Shown: positions 31,245 to 39,702 of the stretch, piece by piece
Layout of the letters: each line of letters starts with the position of its first letter
Numbering within the stretch: the stretch's first letter is position 1
Virus record (IMG/VR): IMGVR_UViG_3300024999_000029
Location: 248,001-312,000 of that record
Length of the DNA: 64,000 bases
Direction: 5' to 3' (one strand)
The notes under the pieces: model-generated
The model's input: the letters and a program-made list of their open reading frames with translations, nothing else
What the model was told of the DNA's origin: nothing
Database searches by the model: none
Made by a program: the position numbers and the translations under genes

Positions 31245-31341
31245 TCTATATATGGATAGCTACTGTATATAGAGTAAAACGAAGAGTCGTGCTACTACAC
31301 GGCTCTTTATCCATTTGTATAACTTTTTAGTAGAAAAGGAG
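31245..31341 (+). promoter_or_regulatory. Candidate structured 5' leader RNA (two hairpins, two pseudoknot pairings)
   Basis: Stems 31245-53/31265-73 and 31282-91/31298-307; loop CTACTA complements TAGTAG (31328-33) next to the SD; ATGGATA (31252-58) complements TATCCAT (31308-14). Confidence 0.55.
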
Positions 31342-31349
31342 TGTAAGTA

Positions 31350-32933
31350 ATGGGATTAATTAGTACAGAGGTAATAGTAAAATGGGGAACAAGTAATAAA
31401 AAATGGTATGAAAATAAAGGATATAGTTATACAAAAATAGGCAGTGAATTTGAAGTAAAGGTAGAAGATTTAAGTAATGGTAGTAGTACAAAAGTTGATT
31501 GTAAATGTGATGGTTGTGGAAAAGATTTAAACAATATTATATGGTATGATTACAAAAAACAAGTTAATGACGATGGAAAATACTACTGCCAGAGATGCTC
31601 AAATAAATTATTTGGAAACAAAAAGATGAATGAGACAATAATAAAAAACAGCAAATCATTTGAACAATGGTGCATAGAGAATGACAAACAAGATATTCTT
31701 AATAGGTGGGATTATGAATTAAATGATAATATAAAACCAAATGAAATATGTTTTAGTACACATAAAAAATATTATTTTAAATGCCCACAAGAAATACACG
31801 AAAGCGAATTAAAAAACATATGTGGTTTTACAACTGGTAATAATAAAATGATATGTAATAAATGTAATAGTTTTGCGCAGTGGTGTTTAGATAATCATAA
31901 AGAATATATTTTAGATTTATGGGACTATGATAAAAATAATAAAACTCCATATGATATTTCATATGGAACTAAATTAAAACATTATTTCAAATGCCCAAGA
32001 AATATACACGAATCAGAATTTAAAAATATAAATTCTTTCACATCTGGATATAACAATATACAATGTAATAAATGCAATTCTTTTTCACAATTTGGCATTG
32101 ACAATATTTGTGAAGATTTTCTTGAAAAGTATTGGGATTGGGAATTAAATACTGTAAATCCTTGGGATATTTCTAAATGTGCAAATGAACCCAAAGTGTG
32201 GATTAAATGCCAGAATTCAGAAAAGGAATATCATAATAGTTATGATATAGTTCCAAATAGTTTTACAGGACAAAATCAGAGGTGTCCCTATTGTAATAAT
32301 AAACATGGTAAAGTTCATTTACTAGATTCTTTGGGTACATTGTATCCAGAAGTGTTAGATATGTGGTCAGATAAAAATGGAAAAACGCCATATGAATATT
32401 CTTCGTGGAGCAGTCAAGAAGCATATTGGAAGTGTTTAGATGGGCATGAAGATTATAAAAGAAAAATATCAGAATCAAATGCAACAAATTTTCGTTGTCC
32501 AAAATGTACAGAAGAACGCACGGAAAGTTTATTATCTGAGAAGGTTAAATTATATTTAAATGAAATAGGATATGTAATTTTAGGTGAAAGAAATTGCAAT
32601 ATAATTGCCAAAAACCCCAAAACAAAACGAAGTTTGCCCTATGATATTGAAGTAGCAGATTTAAAATTGATTTGCGAAATTCATGGGAAACAGCACTATG
32701 TCATTACGGGCTATACAATACAAACCGCAAAACATAATAACACCACACCAGAATACGAATTACATTATCAAAAATTGAAAGACAGATATAAACGTATCTT
32801 TGCTAAAAAGCAAGGATATTTTTATTTGGAGATTCCTTATTGGACTGACGATAAGGATGAAACTTGGAAGCAATTAATTGATGAAAAAATTAATGAAATT
32901 TTAAATAATCAAAATATAAAAGAAGTGGTTTAA
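31350..32933 (+). CDS. Free-standing zinc-ribbon / EDxHD-like putative homing endonuclease
   Basis: Several zinc-ribbon repeats; LPYDIE...ICEIHGKQHY...D..K...GYFYLEIPYW nuclease; paralog of 8338 and 46802. Confidence 0.8.
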   Translation: MGLISTEVIVKWGTSNKKWYENKGYSYTKIGSEFEVKVEDLSNGSSTKVDCKCDGCGKDLNNIIWYDYKKQVNDDGKYYCQRCSNKLFGNKKMNETIIKNSKSFEQWCIENDKQDILNRWDYELNDNIKPNEICFSTHKKYYFKCPQEIHESELKNICGFTTGNNKMICNKCNSFAQWCLDNHKEYILDLWDYDKNNKTPYDISYGTKLKHYFKCPRNIHESEFKNINSFTSGYNNIQCNKCNSFSQFGIDNICEDFLEKYWDWELNTVNPWDISKCANEPKVWIKCQNSEKEYHNSYDIVPNSFTGQNQRCPYCNNKHGKVHLLDSLGTLYPEVLDMWSDKNGKTPYEYSSWSSQEAYWKCLDGHEDYKRKISESNATNFRCPKCTEERTESLLSEKVKLYLNEIGYVILGERNCNIIAKNPKTKRSLPYDIEVADLKLICEIHGKQHYVITGYTIQTAKHNNTTPEYELHYQKLKDRYKRIFAKKQGYFYLEIPYWTDDKDETWKQLIDEKINEILNNQNIKEVV

Positions 32934-32986
32934 TAATCACTTCTTTTTATTATTAAATTTAAATAAGAGAGGAATGATTATAAATT

Positions 32987-33853
32987 ATGCAGAAAATTTT
33001 AATCCGCAAAGGCTCGGATGCAGAAAGACTTACAATAACACCCGATAATGGTGAGCCAATTTTCACGACAGATACTAAGAAACTATATGTCGGCGATAAT
33101 AGTACGGTTGGAGGTATAGAAATTTCTGGAGGTGTTTCATCTAGTTCATTATCAACTGTGCATCTAAATGGAGCAGGTGCAGTTTTAGTTAAAGAAGAGC
33201 ATTTTGGAAATATGATTCATATAGAGTCGGGTACTTCTATTGCTCTTGCAAAAGCAGATTTTACCAAAGACGGAAGTTTATATATACAAAATCATTCCGG
33301 TACTCAATTACCTGTCAACTTTACAGGTGTATTTGAAGGGGTGTATGACGCAGGAAAACAAAGTGATTTAATAGCTACTCAAACTACAACTCTTGAATAT
33401 TTAGAAATTATGCTAGTTGTAGTTACTGAGAATAGTGGTAGTAAATTTATTAATTTTACAAAACTTAGTGGTAAAATAGAAACAGGTTCTTGGGTTCCTA
33501 CAATTACATTCACAGCCGTAGACCCCGATGTATCAGGTGCAACAGTTTCTCTTTATAAAGCAATTTATACTAGAATTGATGATAAAGTTAATTTTAATTT
33601 ATCTTTTGGAATTAATAGTTTTACGGCAGGTAGATATTTGATAGGTTCTTATACATTGCCAAAAACTAGAATTGGAACGGAGAGTATTATTTCAGTAGTA
33701 AATAGTTCATTTACATCACAATATGTACCAACATATGCATTATTATTTTTTAGTATTCCTACTATCTTTATTGGAACTCCAGATATTCGATTACCTGCAT
33801 CATCGTTAGTTACTATTAATGTAATTGGTTCATATGTAACCAACGAAGCGTAG
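32987..33853 (+). CDS. Fibre/appendage protein with Mtd_N/hyaluronidase-N-like anchor
   Basis: ILIRKG....R....P..GEP..TTDTKKLYVGD N-terminus. Confidence 0.6.
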   Translation: MQKILIRKGSDAERLTITPDNGEPIFTTDTKKLYVGDNSTVGGIEISGGVSSSSLSTVHLNGAGAVLVKEEHFGNMIHIESGTSIALAKADFTKDGSLYIQNHSGTQLPVNFTGVFEGVYDAGKQSDLIATQTTTLEYLEIMLVVVTENSGSKFINFTKLSGKIETGSWVPTITFTAVDPDVSGATVSLYKAIYTRIDDKVNFNLSFGINSFTAGRYLIGSYTLPKTRIGTESIISVVNSSFTSQYVPTYALLFFSIPTIFIGTPDIRLPASSLVTINVIGSYVTNEA

Positions 33854-33864
33854 GAGGTATAAAC

Positions 33865-35958
33865 ATGAGTGATATTCTCATAAAAAGAGGCAAAGAATCG
33901 AATAGAACTTCATTTATGCCATTAAGAGGAGAGCCAATTGTAAGTTTTGATGACACAACTGGTAAACCCCGATTGTTTTTGGGTACAGGAACTGATATTG
34001 GTGGCATTGAAATAGGCACAAGTGCCGCTCACACTCATGAAGAATCTGATATTACTAATCTGGTATCGGATCTTAGTGCTAAAGAGGTATCAGCCAATAA
34101 AAGGGATTTAATTGAAGGATATACAACATCTTCCGCTTATCCATCGACAAAAGGGTTGGCTGCATATCTACATTCTACTCTATATAAAAGACAAGGCACT
34201 CTAGCCGACGTTATTGGTGGGACAGTAACATCATATACTGAAGGTGTATATCATTATACAAAAATAAGTTTTAGTGATTATGTGCGCTTCGACTATTTAA
34301 GTATAACTCCCAATCCTCCTAATTCTTATAAAATTAAGATTGATGTTTCTCTTGACGGCACAACATGGATGTTTATAACAAGCACCTTTGATAGTGTTGG
34401 AATAATGGCTTCTAATGGTACTCTTGTGGCAACAGCAAAACACGTCAGATTCGGAGCTAGCACAGTAGATAATATACCATCAGATGATTATACTTATAAG
34501 ATTCAAGAATATAATATATCTGCGAATTCTGAAAAAATAGCTAATAAAGTAACTGCATTTCAAACAACACCAGATAATACACATTATCCTAGTGAAAAAT
34601 TACTAAAAGATCAATTAGATTATAAGTCTTCTTTTGAGTCACCTTTATGTTTATATCCAACAGAAGGGCAAGTTGTAGCTTCAAGAATTCCATATGTAAT
34701 AACTGAAGCTGGAAGTGCTATTAGATATTGTAATTTATCTGCAAATAATCAAATATTAGCTGTTTTACAAGATGTTGCATGGAGTACAGCAACTGCTGAT
34801 TATGATGCATATAATGGAATTATTAAAATAGTTTCAGGTACAACTATAGAGTTTACAGATGATGTATTCGTTTCATTAGAAGCAACTTTAAGAGCAGATA
34901 GTTTTACTGGTTCTAGTGATAAATTTTTAAGATTTGCGTGGGTATGGGCTGATAATGATGATGTTATATCTGGAACAAATACATCATATATTTTCCCGCC
35001 AACTGAAAGTTATGGTTATAATTCATTGCCAATAGTAAAAGTATCAAGGAAATTTCATAAAGGAAATAAGATTAAGCTTAGAGTTACAGGTGCAGGTTCA
35101 ACTGGCACATCAACTGCTAGTATTCAAAAAGAAAGTACAAAATGTTACATTTATGAAATTAATAATACTTCAGGATATGAAAGAGATAAAGTACGTACCA
35201 TTATTCGTAAAAAATCTGATAGTAGTATTGTTTGGGATAGTGGAGAGATAGGTAAAACTACTAATCTTATTAAACGTTCTATGAATATGGCATATTCAAT
35301 ATGGGATAAAAACCTATGTAGTGCCACAGGCAATGCAAATTCACTTGGCATGTCAAAGATTACTCTTACGAGTAATTGGGATGTGTCAGTTAATCAACGC
35401 TTATATGGATATAGAAGTGGCGATGAGTATACCTTGCAAATTATAGTAATGAATCCAACAATAAATAAAATAAAAGTATCATTAGAAGATTATATTGGAC
35501 ATCAGGGAATTTATGCGGAATTTGGCTTAACTGACAGTGGTTCTATTATATCTAGTGGTACACACGGAGTTGATTCAGGGACATTAATACAAGCACAAAT
35601 TACTTATCCGCAGACAGGAATGTATGTATTGAATATTAGGGGAACTCCTGTGGTGGACACTAGTAGTTTTAAAGACCTAGATTCACAATTGGATTTAGAA
35701 TTTGAAGATGATATTAGCGGTGAAATTTATATTGGATTTGCTAGTGTGAAAAAGGGATTATATGATATTGCTAATAATTATCATTTATTAACTGATGATG
35801 CTAATATTCCTGAGCCGACCTATGCTAAATATTTGGTGGGATTAGATACTATGTTGGATGCTTCAGAAAATTATGAAGTAATAGTTGAAGATGTGACTAC
35901 AAAGGGGTTAAAAACATCTCAAAGTGATATTGTGAGTTTTTCAACTGGTTCATCGTAA
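33865..35958 (+). CDS. Large fibre/appendage protein with the same N-terminal anchor
   Basis: ILIKRGKES.R....PLRGEP...FDD....P.L..G.G...GG N-terminus; beta-rich body. Confidence 0.6.
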   Translation: MSDILIKRGKESNRTSFMPLRGEPIVSFDDTTGKPRLFLGTGTDIGGIEIGTSAAHTHEESDITNLVSDLSAKEVSANKRDLIEGYTTSSAYPSTKGLAAYLHSTLYKRQGTLADVIGGTVTSYTEGVYHYTKISFSDYVRFDYLSITPNPPNSYKIKIDVSLDGTTWMFITSTFDSVGIMASNGTLVATAKHVRFGASTVDNIPSDDYTYKIQEYNISANSEKIANKVTAFQTTPDNTHYPSEKLLKDQLDYKSSFESPLCLYPTEGQVVASRIPYVITEAGSAIRYCNLSANNQILAVLQDVAWSTATADYDAYNGIIKIVSGTTIEFTDDVFVSLEATLRADSFTGSSDKFLRFAWVWADNDDVISGTNTSYIFPPTESYGYNSLPIVKVSRKFHKGNKIKLRVTGAGSTGTSTASIQKESTKCYIYEINNTSGYERDKVRTIIRKKSDSSIVWDSGEIGKTTNLIKRSMNMAYSIWDKNLCSATGNANSLGMSKITLTSNWDVSVNQRLYGYRSGDEYTLQIIVMNPTINKIKVSLEDYIGHQGIYAEFGLTDSGSIISSGTHGVDSGTLIQAQITYPQTGMYVLNIRGTPVVDTSSFKDLDSQLDLEFEDDISGEIYIGFASVKKGLYDIANNYHLLTDDANIPEPTYAKYLVGLDTMLDASENYEVIVEDVTTKGLKTSQSDIVSFSTGSS

Positions 35959-35983
35959 TGGATTGGTGGTGAATAATTAATAT

Positions 35984-36445
35984 ATGAATATTTTATTAAG
36001 GAGAGGAAAGGAATCTAAAAGAAATACTATAACTCCATTAAGAGGCGAATTATTGATTGGTTTTGATGATGTGACTGATAAACCTAAATTGTATATGGGC
36101 AATGGCGTTAATGTTGGTGGATTACCATTATCAGATAATATTGGTTCAACATGGACTCCAATTATTACAGGAGATGGAACTGTAGAAAATGCTATGTATA
36201 CAAGAATTGACAATATAGTAACTTTTAGTTTAAGATTAAGTTGGACTAGTAGTACAGCAACATTTACACTTCCGATTGCAAGTGATTTTACAGATATATC
36301 AGATTTAATTGGAACTGTGATTTGTTTTCCAGATGTAGGGACTGAAATGAGGGTTGAGGCTGACGTTTCGTTAAATCAAGGTAGTGTGCGTACTGTATCA
36401 AGTGCTACTAATGCGTTGATTACTGGACAGTATATTATTAGGTAA
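35984..36445 (+). CDS. Short fibre protein: same anchor plus a C-terminal domain shared with 32987
   Basis: ILLRRGKES anchor; W.P.I...A.YTRID..V.F.L shared with the C-terminal domain of 32987-33853. Confidence 0.6.
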   Translation: MNILLRRGKESKRNTITPLRGELLIGFDDVTDKPKLYMGNGVNVGGLPLSDNIGSTWTPIITGDGTVENAMYTRIDNIVTFSLRLSWTSSTATFTLPIASDFTDISDLIGTVICFPDVGTEMRVEADVSLNQGSVRTVSSATNALITGQYIIR

Positions 36446-36579
36446 AAACCCAATAAAATTAGCATTTGAACTTGAATTTTGGTCAAACAAATTAAATTTA
36501 AAAGAAAAGGAATGAAATAAAAATATAATTAGGTGTGGGAAGATTAATCTCTTCCCTGCTTTATTTAAAGGGTGGTAAT

Positions 36580-36684
36580 ATGGACTATTATGGATTAGTT
36601 CTAGCCTACGAATATTTACATTTGAGAATTAACTTAATGTTTCAAAATATAAATAAAATTATAAAGAAGAGGGGAATGAGATAA
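36580..36684 (+). CDS. 34-aa small ORF
   Basis: AAGGGTGG SD; MDYYGLVLAYEYLHLRINLMFQNINKIIKKRGMR. Confidence 0.4.
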   Translation: MDYYGLVLAYEYLHLRINLMFQNINKIIKKRGMR

Positions 36685-36686
36685 AT

Positions 36687-36842
36687 GTGCTTATCATTTT
36701 AGCTACGCTGCTAATAATATTTAATAGTTGGGTTATATTTTTCGTGTTGAAAAAGCATATTGATAAAAGATTTAATGTTGCTTTAGATAAAGTAGAAACG
36801 ACAAATGAACTTTTGGTAATGCCTAATTTAAAAAATAATTAG
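36687..36842 (+). CDS. 51-aa single-TM membrane protein
   Basis: GTG start 2 nt after the previous stop; hydrophobic first 21 aa, then KKH. Confidence 0.5.
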   Translation: MLIILATLLIIFNSWVIFFVLKKHIDKRFNVALDKVETTNELLVMPNLKNN

Positions 36843-36862
36843 TAAAGGGTGAAATTGATTAT

Positions 36863-37231
36863 GTGCTTATGAACAATTTAAGAAATTCTATTAAAGACAA
36901 ACAGGAATATATTGAGAATCTAAATAATCAAAAATTTGGACTGCGAATTAAATTCATGTATTCTATGGAAAGGGATGAAAATTGCTGGATAGAAGTACCT
37001 ACAGGAGTTGAGGTTTTGACGAATGGACATGTTTTTATATGCTATACAGATAGCAAAGATGAAATTCGAGTTCGTCATATGAATCAAGCGCAGAATAAAT
37101 CAAATAAGATTAAGATGCATGAAGAAAAAATTAGATTTAATGATTGGTTCAAATGTTTTCAATGGCTTAAAAGTTCTCACGCATACAATACAAAACTTAA
37201 GAAAGATATTTTTGATTTGTTGAAAAAGTAA
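36863..37231 (+). CDS. Hypothetical protein (weak paralog of 37734 and 55795)
   Basis: ..H.NQAQN....KMH motif resembles RN.AQN....YH in the paralogs. Confidence 0.5.
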   Translation: MLMNNLRNSIKDKQEYIENLNNQKFGLRIKFMYSMERDENCWIEVPTGVEVLTNGHVFICYTDSKDEIRVRHMNQAQNKSNKIKMHEEKIRFNDWFKCFQWLKSSHAYNTKLKKDIFDLLKK

Positions 37232-37263
37232 GATTAAAAATATAAAAGTATAATAACATTCTC

Positions 37264-37293
37264 TTGACATATTGGTATTTTTTATGATATATT
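37264..37293 (+). promoter_or_regulatory. SigA-type promoter upstream of the agr-like cassette
   Basis: TTGACA at 37264, then TGA-TATATT extended -10 (18-bp spacer). Confidence 0.5.
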
Positions 37294-37324
37294 TAAAATA
37301 AAAATATGTCGGGAGAATCTAGAG

Positions 37325-37750
37325 ATGAGAAAAATCAAATTTAGCAAATGGTCAATGTTGACATTAGTTGCTGTAGGAATTGTTACATGTAGTTTATTAT
37401 ATTATTCTGTAGTTTTCATTAAAGATAGACAATTAGAATTTATTAGTACTGATGGATTTAAGCTTCTTGGAATGATATTTCTAATTTTTTGGATTTTATT
37501 ATTTTGCACTATACTTGTTTTTAAAAATTATGAATTATTGAAAAGGGTATTTGTTTTAACAGAAAAAAACAATGAATTAATCCAAGAAAATAATAATTTA
37601 TTGAAACAAGTAATAGCACATAATAACAACCACGTACAACAATGCGAATATCAATATGACAACATCGTTCGCTCCAATATGGAAGTTAAAGAAATGATAG
37701 TAGATTCATCTATTGATTATCGGAGGACGAACGATGTTGTTGAGAAATAA
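37325..37750 (+). CDS. Two-TM membrane protein with cytoplasmic coiled coil
   Basis: Two hydrophobic segments followed by an N/Q/E-rich heptad region. Confidence 0.6.
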   Translation: MRKIKFSKWSMLTLVAVGIVTCSLLYYSVVFIKDRQLEFISTDGFKLLGMIFLIFWILLFCTILVFKNYELLKRVFVLTEKNNELIQENNNLLKQVIAHNNNHVQQCEYQYDNIVRSNMEVKEMIVDSSIDYRRTNDVVEK

Positions 37751-38066
37751 GATTAATTGGATTGATACTAATTCATTCAAAAAGAATGAAGGATATATCA
37801 ATAAACTTTTAAAATTTTATAAGTTTGAAGAGAATAAAGATTATAAATTAATATATAATGGTTATGGAGACTATGATTTACTTATAACTTGGAATAGAAA
37901 AACTTATAAAATTCAGATAGATGAAGAATCTCAATGTTATAATTTGCTTGCTAGAAATGAAGCAAATAATATTAAAAAAAAAGAAAGATACCATTTTTTA
38001 GAATCTTTTCACGGAGATGATTTAATTTTAAAAATTATAAAACATATTAAAAGTCGAGAGGTTTAA
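37734..38066 (+). CDS. Hypothetical protein, paralog of 55795-56067
   Basis: GGAGG SD favours the ATG at 37734; YG..D.L.T..R.TYK.Q...CY.LL.RN...YH shared. Confidence 0.6.
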   Translation: MLLRNKINWIDTNSFKKNEGYINKLLKFYKFEENKDYKLIYNGYGDYDLLITWNRKTYKIQIDEESQCYNLLARNEANNIKKKERYHFLESFHGDDLILKIIKHIKSREV

Positions 38067-38067
38067 A

Positions 38068-38514
38068 ATGGAAACAATAATTAAAGAATTTGTATTATTT
38101 AATTTAATAGAAAATTTATTTATTGTTTTATTTTTCTTGATGTTTAATAAAATTAAAGAAAACCCAATGATTATAATAGTTCATGTGTTTATGTTAAGTT
38201 CCCTTAATACAATTTTAAAAGTATTGTTTTCAGGTTCTATATTAATGCAATTATTTGGAATAATAGTTATTATAATATATTTTACAAGTATATATCATGT
38301 TAAAATTTCACATAGCATAATAACCGTTATAATTTCATTTTCTATTTTATTAGTATCAGAGGCAATCATAGTAATATTTTATTTAAATATTACTATGATT
38401 GATATGTCAAAAATGTCAAATGATTTTAATAAGTTTTTATGGTTTATTCCAATTAGAATTTTGGAATATATTTCATTATATATTTTGTACTTAATAAAAA
38501 ATAAAATGAGGTGA
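38068..38514 (+). CDS. Polytopic membrane protein resembling an AgrC-type sensor module without kinase
   Basis: About five hydrophobic segments in 148 aa; no HisKA or HATPase motifs; next to the peptide ORF and agrB. Confidence 0.5.
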   Translation: METIIKEFVLFNLIENLFIVLFFLMFNKIKENPMIIIVHVFMLSSLNTILKVLFSGSILMQLFGIIVIIIYFTSIYHVKISHSIITVIISFSILLVSEAIIVIFYLNITMIDMSKMSNDFNKFLWFIPIRILEYISLYILYLIKNKMR

Positions 38515-38519
38515 TATTA

Positions 38520-38570
38520 ATGATGATTAGCACTGAGAAATGGTGGTTTGGAGATATTAAAAGAAGGTAA
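38520..38570 (+). CDS. 16-aa peptide MMISTEKWWFGDIKRR, candidate AgrD-like substrate
   Basis: GAGGTG SD 6 nt before the ATG; followed by a terminator; immediately upstream of agrB. Confidence 0.6.
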   Translation: MMISTEKWWFGDIKRR

Positions 38571-38588
38571 TTTAAAAACACATTTACT

Positions 38589-38617
38589 AGGAGTAGATAA
38601 AAATCTACTCCTTTTTT
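38589..38617 (+). terminator. Intrinsic terminator between the peptide ORF and agrB
   Basis: Perfect 10-bp stem AGGAGTAGAT/ATCTACTCCT, AAAA loop, T run. Confidence 0.85.
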
Positions 38618-38648
38618 GTGTTCAATTTTATTTTAAGGATGATGGTAT

Positions 38649-39218
38649 TTGTTAGATAATATATCAGAAAAGTTTATAAATTGGCTTATAAAAATAAAAA
38701 TTCTTAAGCAAGAACAATACTCAGATTGGGATTATTGGTTTAGGATTTTTTTATTTAATTCTATAGTTGTTTTTTCTTTATTAACAATAAATATATTGTT
38801 AGGCAGTTGGATTCAGTTAATTATAATTAGTATAGTAGTAAATGTTTTACGAATGTATAGTGGAGGTTTCCATGCTCCACAAGGTAAATTAGAATATTGT
38901 GTTCTGTTAACAATTCCCTTAGTTACAATTGCATCTTTCATTGCAAAGTATCTTCAATTATATCCATTGCAATTATTCATGGTTGCAGTTTTTTTAGGTA
39001 TTCTTATAATCAGAAAAATTCCATTAATATCAGAAGAAGAAAAAGAAAATAAGTCAGATAAATATTTTAGAGATAAATATATTTATAATTTTTTAATATT
39101 TTACAGTATTAGTTGTTTGGCAATAATGATAGATTCAAATATATGCAATATTATTTCAAGCGCAATAAGCATGGGAATTATATTAGTTGCATTAGCAATG
39201 AAAAGTTCAACAAAATAA
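38649..39218 (+). CDS. agrB: Accessory gene regulator B (AgrB) family membrane peptidase
   Basis: LRMYSGGFHA...C signature with the catalytic His and Cys, multiple TM helices, 189 aa. Confidence 0.88.
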   Translation: MLDNISEKFINWLIKIKILKQEQYSDWDYWFRIFLFNSIVVFSLLTINILLGSWIQLIIISIVVNVLRMYSGGFHAPQGKLEYCVLLTIPLVTIASFIAKYLQLYPLQLFMVAVFLGILIIRKIPLISEEEKENKSDKYFRDKYIYNFLIFYSISCLAIMIDSNICNIISSAISMGIILVALAMKSSTK

Positions 39219-39348
39219 AAGTATGATTTTATGGGAAGAAAAGAAAAATCTTCCCTTATACCTCTCAAATAATTAAAGAAAGGAATGAAATAAAGATACG
39301 TTTTTAATTATAGAAACGTATTAATTTAAATTGAGAGGATGATAAAAA

Positions 39349-39684
39349 ATGGGTAATTTCCATGCAGGAACGCATTATTGTGGTGCAATTCTTAAATCAA
39401 CAGATAATTATATTTATGACCCAGTTACAAATCAAATAACTACTGGTGTAAATAGTCAAATTTTTTACTTAGAAGACCCAAGAACTGGTGAGACAACTAT
39501 TGCAAGGGTATTTCTTTTTACTCCAATCGGGAGCGATATAAATTTCGATCTAAACAATAATTCAAATAGTAGACTTAAATGCCAAGATAGTATACCTAAC
39601 GGAATCGAAAATGAAATGTTTTTAAGTTCATTTAAAGTTGGTAGTTTGGCAAACAGTATATTTGAATTCTATTGTGTCGTTTAG
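39349..39684 (+). CDS. Hypothetical protein
   Basis: GAGAGG SD, 111-aa ORF. Confidence 0.5.
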   Translation: MGNFHAGTHYCGAILKSTDNYIYDPVTNQITTGVNSQIFYLEDPRTGETTIARVFLFTPIGSDINFDLNNNSNSRLKCQDSIPNGIENEMFLSSFKVGSLANSIFEFYCVV

Positions 39685-39702
39685 AAAGGAGAAGTGAAAT
39701 AA

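Noticed and set aside
36687-36842. The missing agrD or a holin
   Set aside because: No Cys/Ser ring motif with a charged or proline-rich tail, about 1.8 kb from agrB, and no endolysin nearby; kept only as a small membrane protein.
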